DNA of 64,000 bases from Scyliorhinus canicula. Lineage: Eukaryota. Below are positions 63,860 to 64,000 of the stretch, one piece after another (position 1 is the first letter of the stretch; the number at the start of each line of letters is the position of its first letter). Where the stretch lies: contig NW_024055447.1 in NCBI RefSeq assembly GCF_902713615.1, forward strand, positions 861,072-925,071, read 5' to 3'. A program made the translations under genes and the position numbers. The notes below the pieces were generated by a model, which did no database searches, was not told the origin of the DNA, and saw nothing but the letters and a program-made list of their open reading frames with translations.

Positions 63860-64000
63860 ATCCCAATCCGCGGGAACCGTCCGTCTCTGTCCTCCTGCCC
63901 TCGGCTGAAGACGTCTCCGCTCAGAGATTCGTCTCCCTCAGCTGCTTAGTGAGAGGTTTCTCCCCCCGAGAGATCTTCGTCAAGTGGACCGTCAATGACA
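63860..64000 (+). CDS. IGHM: IgM constant exon Cmu4 (5' part; truncated by the window end)
   Basis: ttctgcag| acceptor; [47 protein letters not shown]. Confidence 0.97.

Overview
Cartilaginous fish (shark) genomic DNA from an antigen-receptor region; the SINE/CR1 content suggests a catshark-like species (inference). Left part (1.2-8.6 kb): four T-cell receptor alpha/delta-type V segments, each with a 23-bp-spacer RSS. One is a frameshifted pseudogene on + whose leader intron is invaded by a CR1 LINE. Three lie on -: two intact, and one open but lacking the conserved Cys23 and Trp41. Middle (9-42 kb): repeat-rich spacer with a 548-N assembly gap, a ~6 kb tandem segmental duplication and a candidate T-cell-type enhancer near 17 kb. 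Right part (42.3-64 kb, +): an apparently intact, unrearranged shark-type IgM heavy-chain cluster, L-VH-D1-D2-JH-Cmu1-Cmu2-Cmu3-Cmu4 (Cmu4 cut by the window end), with a 23 / 12-22 / 12-12 / 23 RSS layout. The 16 kb JH-Cmu1 intron holds several satellites. The most striking is a ~3.5 kb array, G-rich on the non-template strand and built on GAGCTGGGG, ending ~0.7-1 kb before Cmu1, which resembles a tetrapod switch (S-mu) region in position and composition. Top leads: (1) an intact IgM cluster head-to-head with a TCR Valpha/delta array with 12/23-compatible RSSs; (2) the S-mu-like array in a lineage thought to lack switch regions. Coordinates were read by eye and no searches were run.
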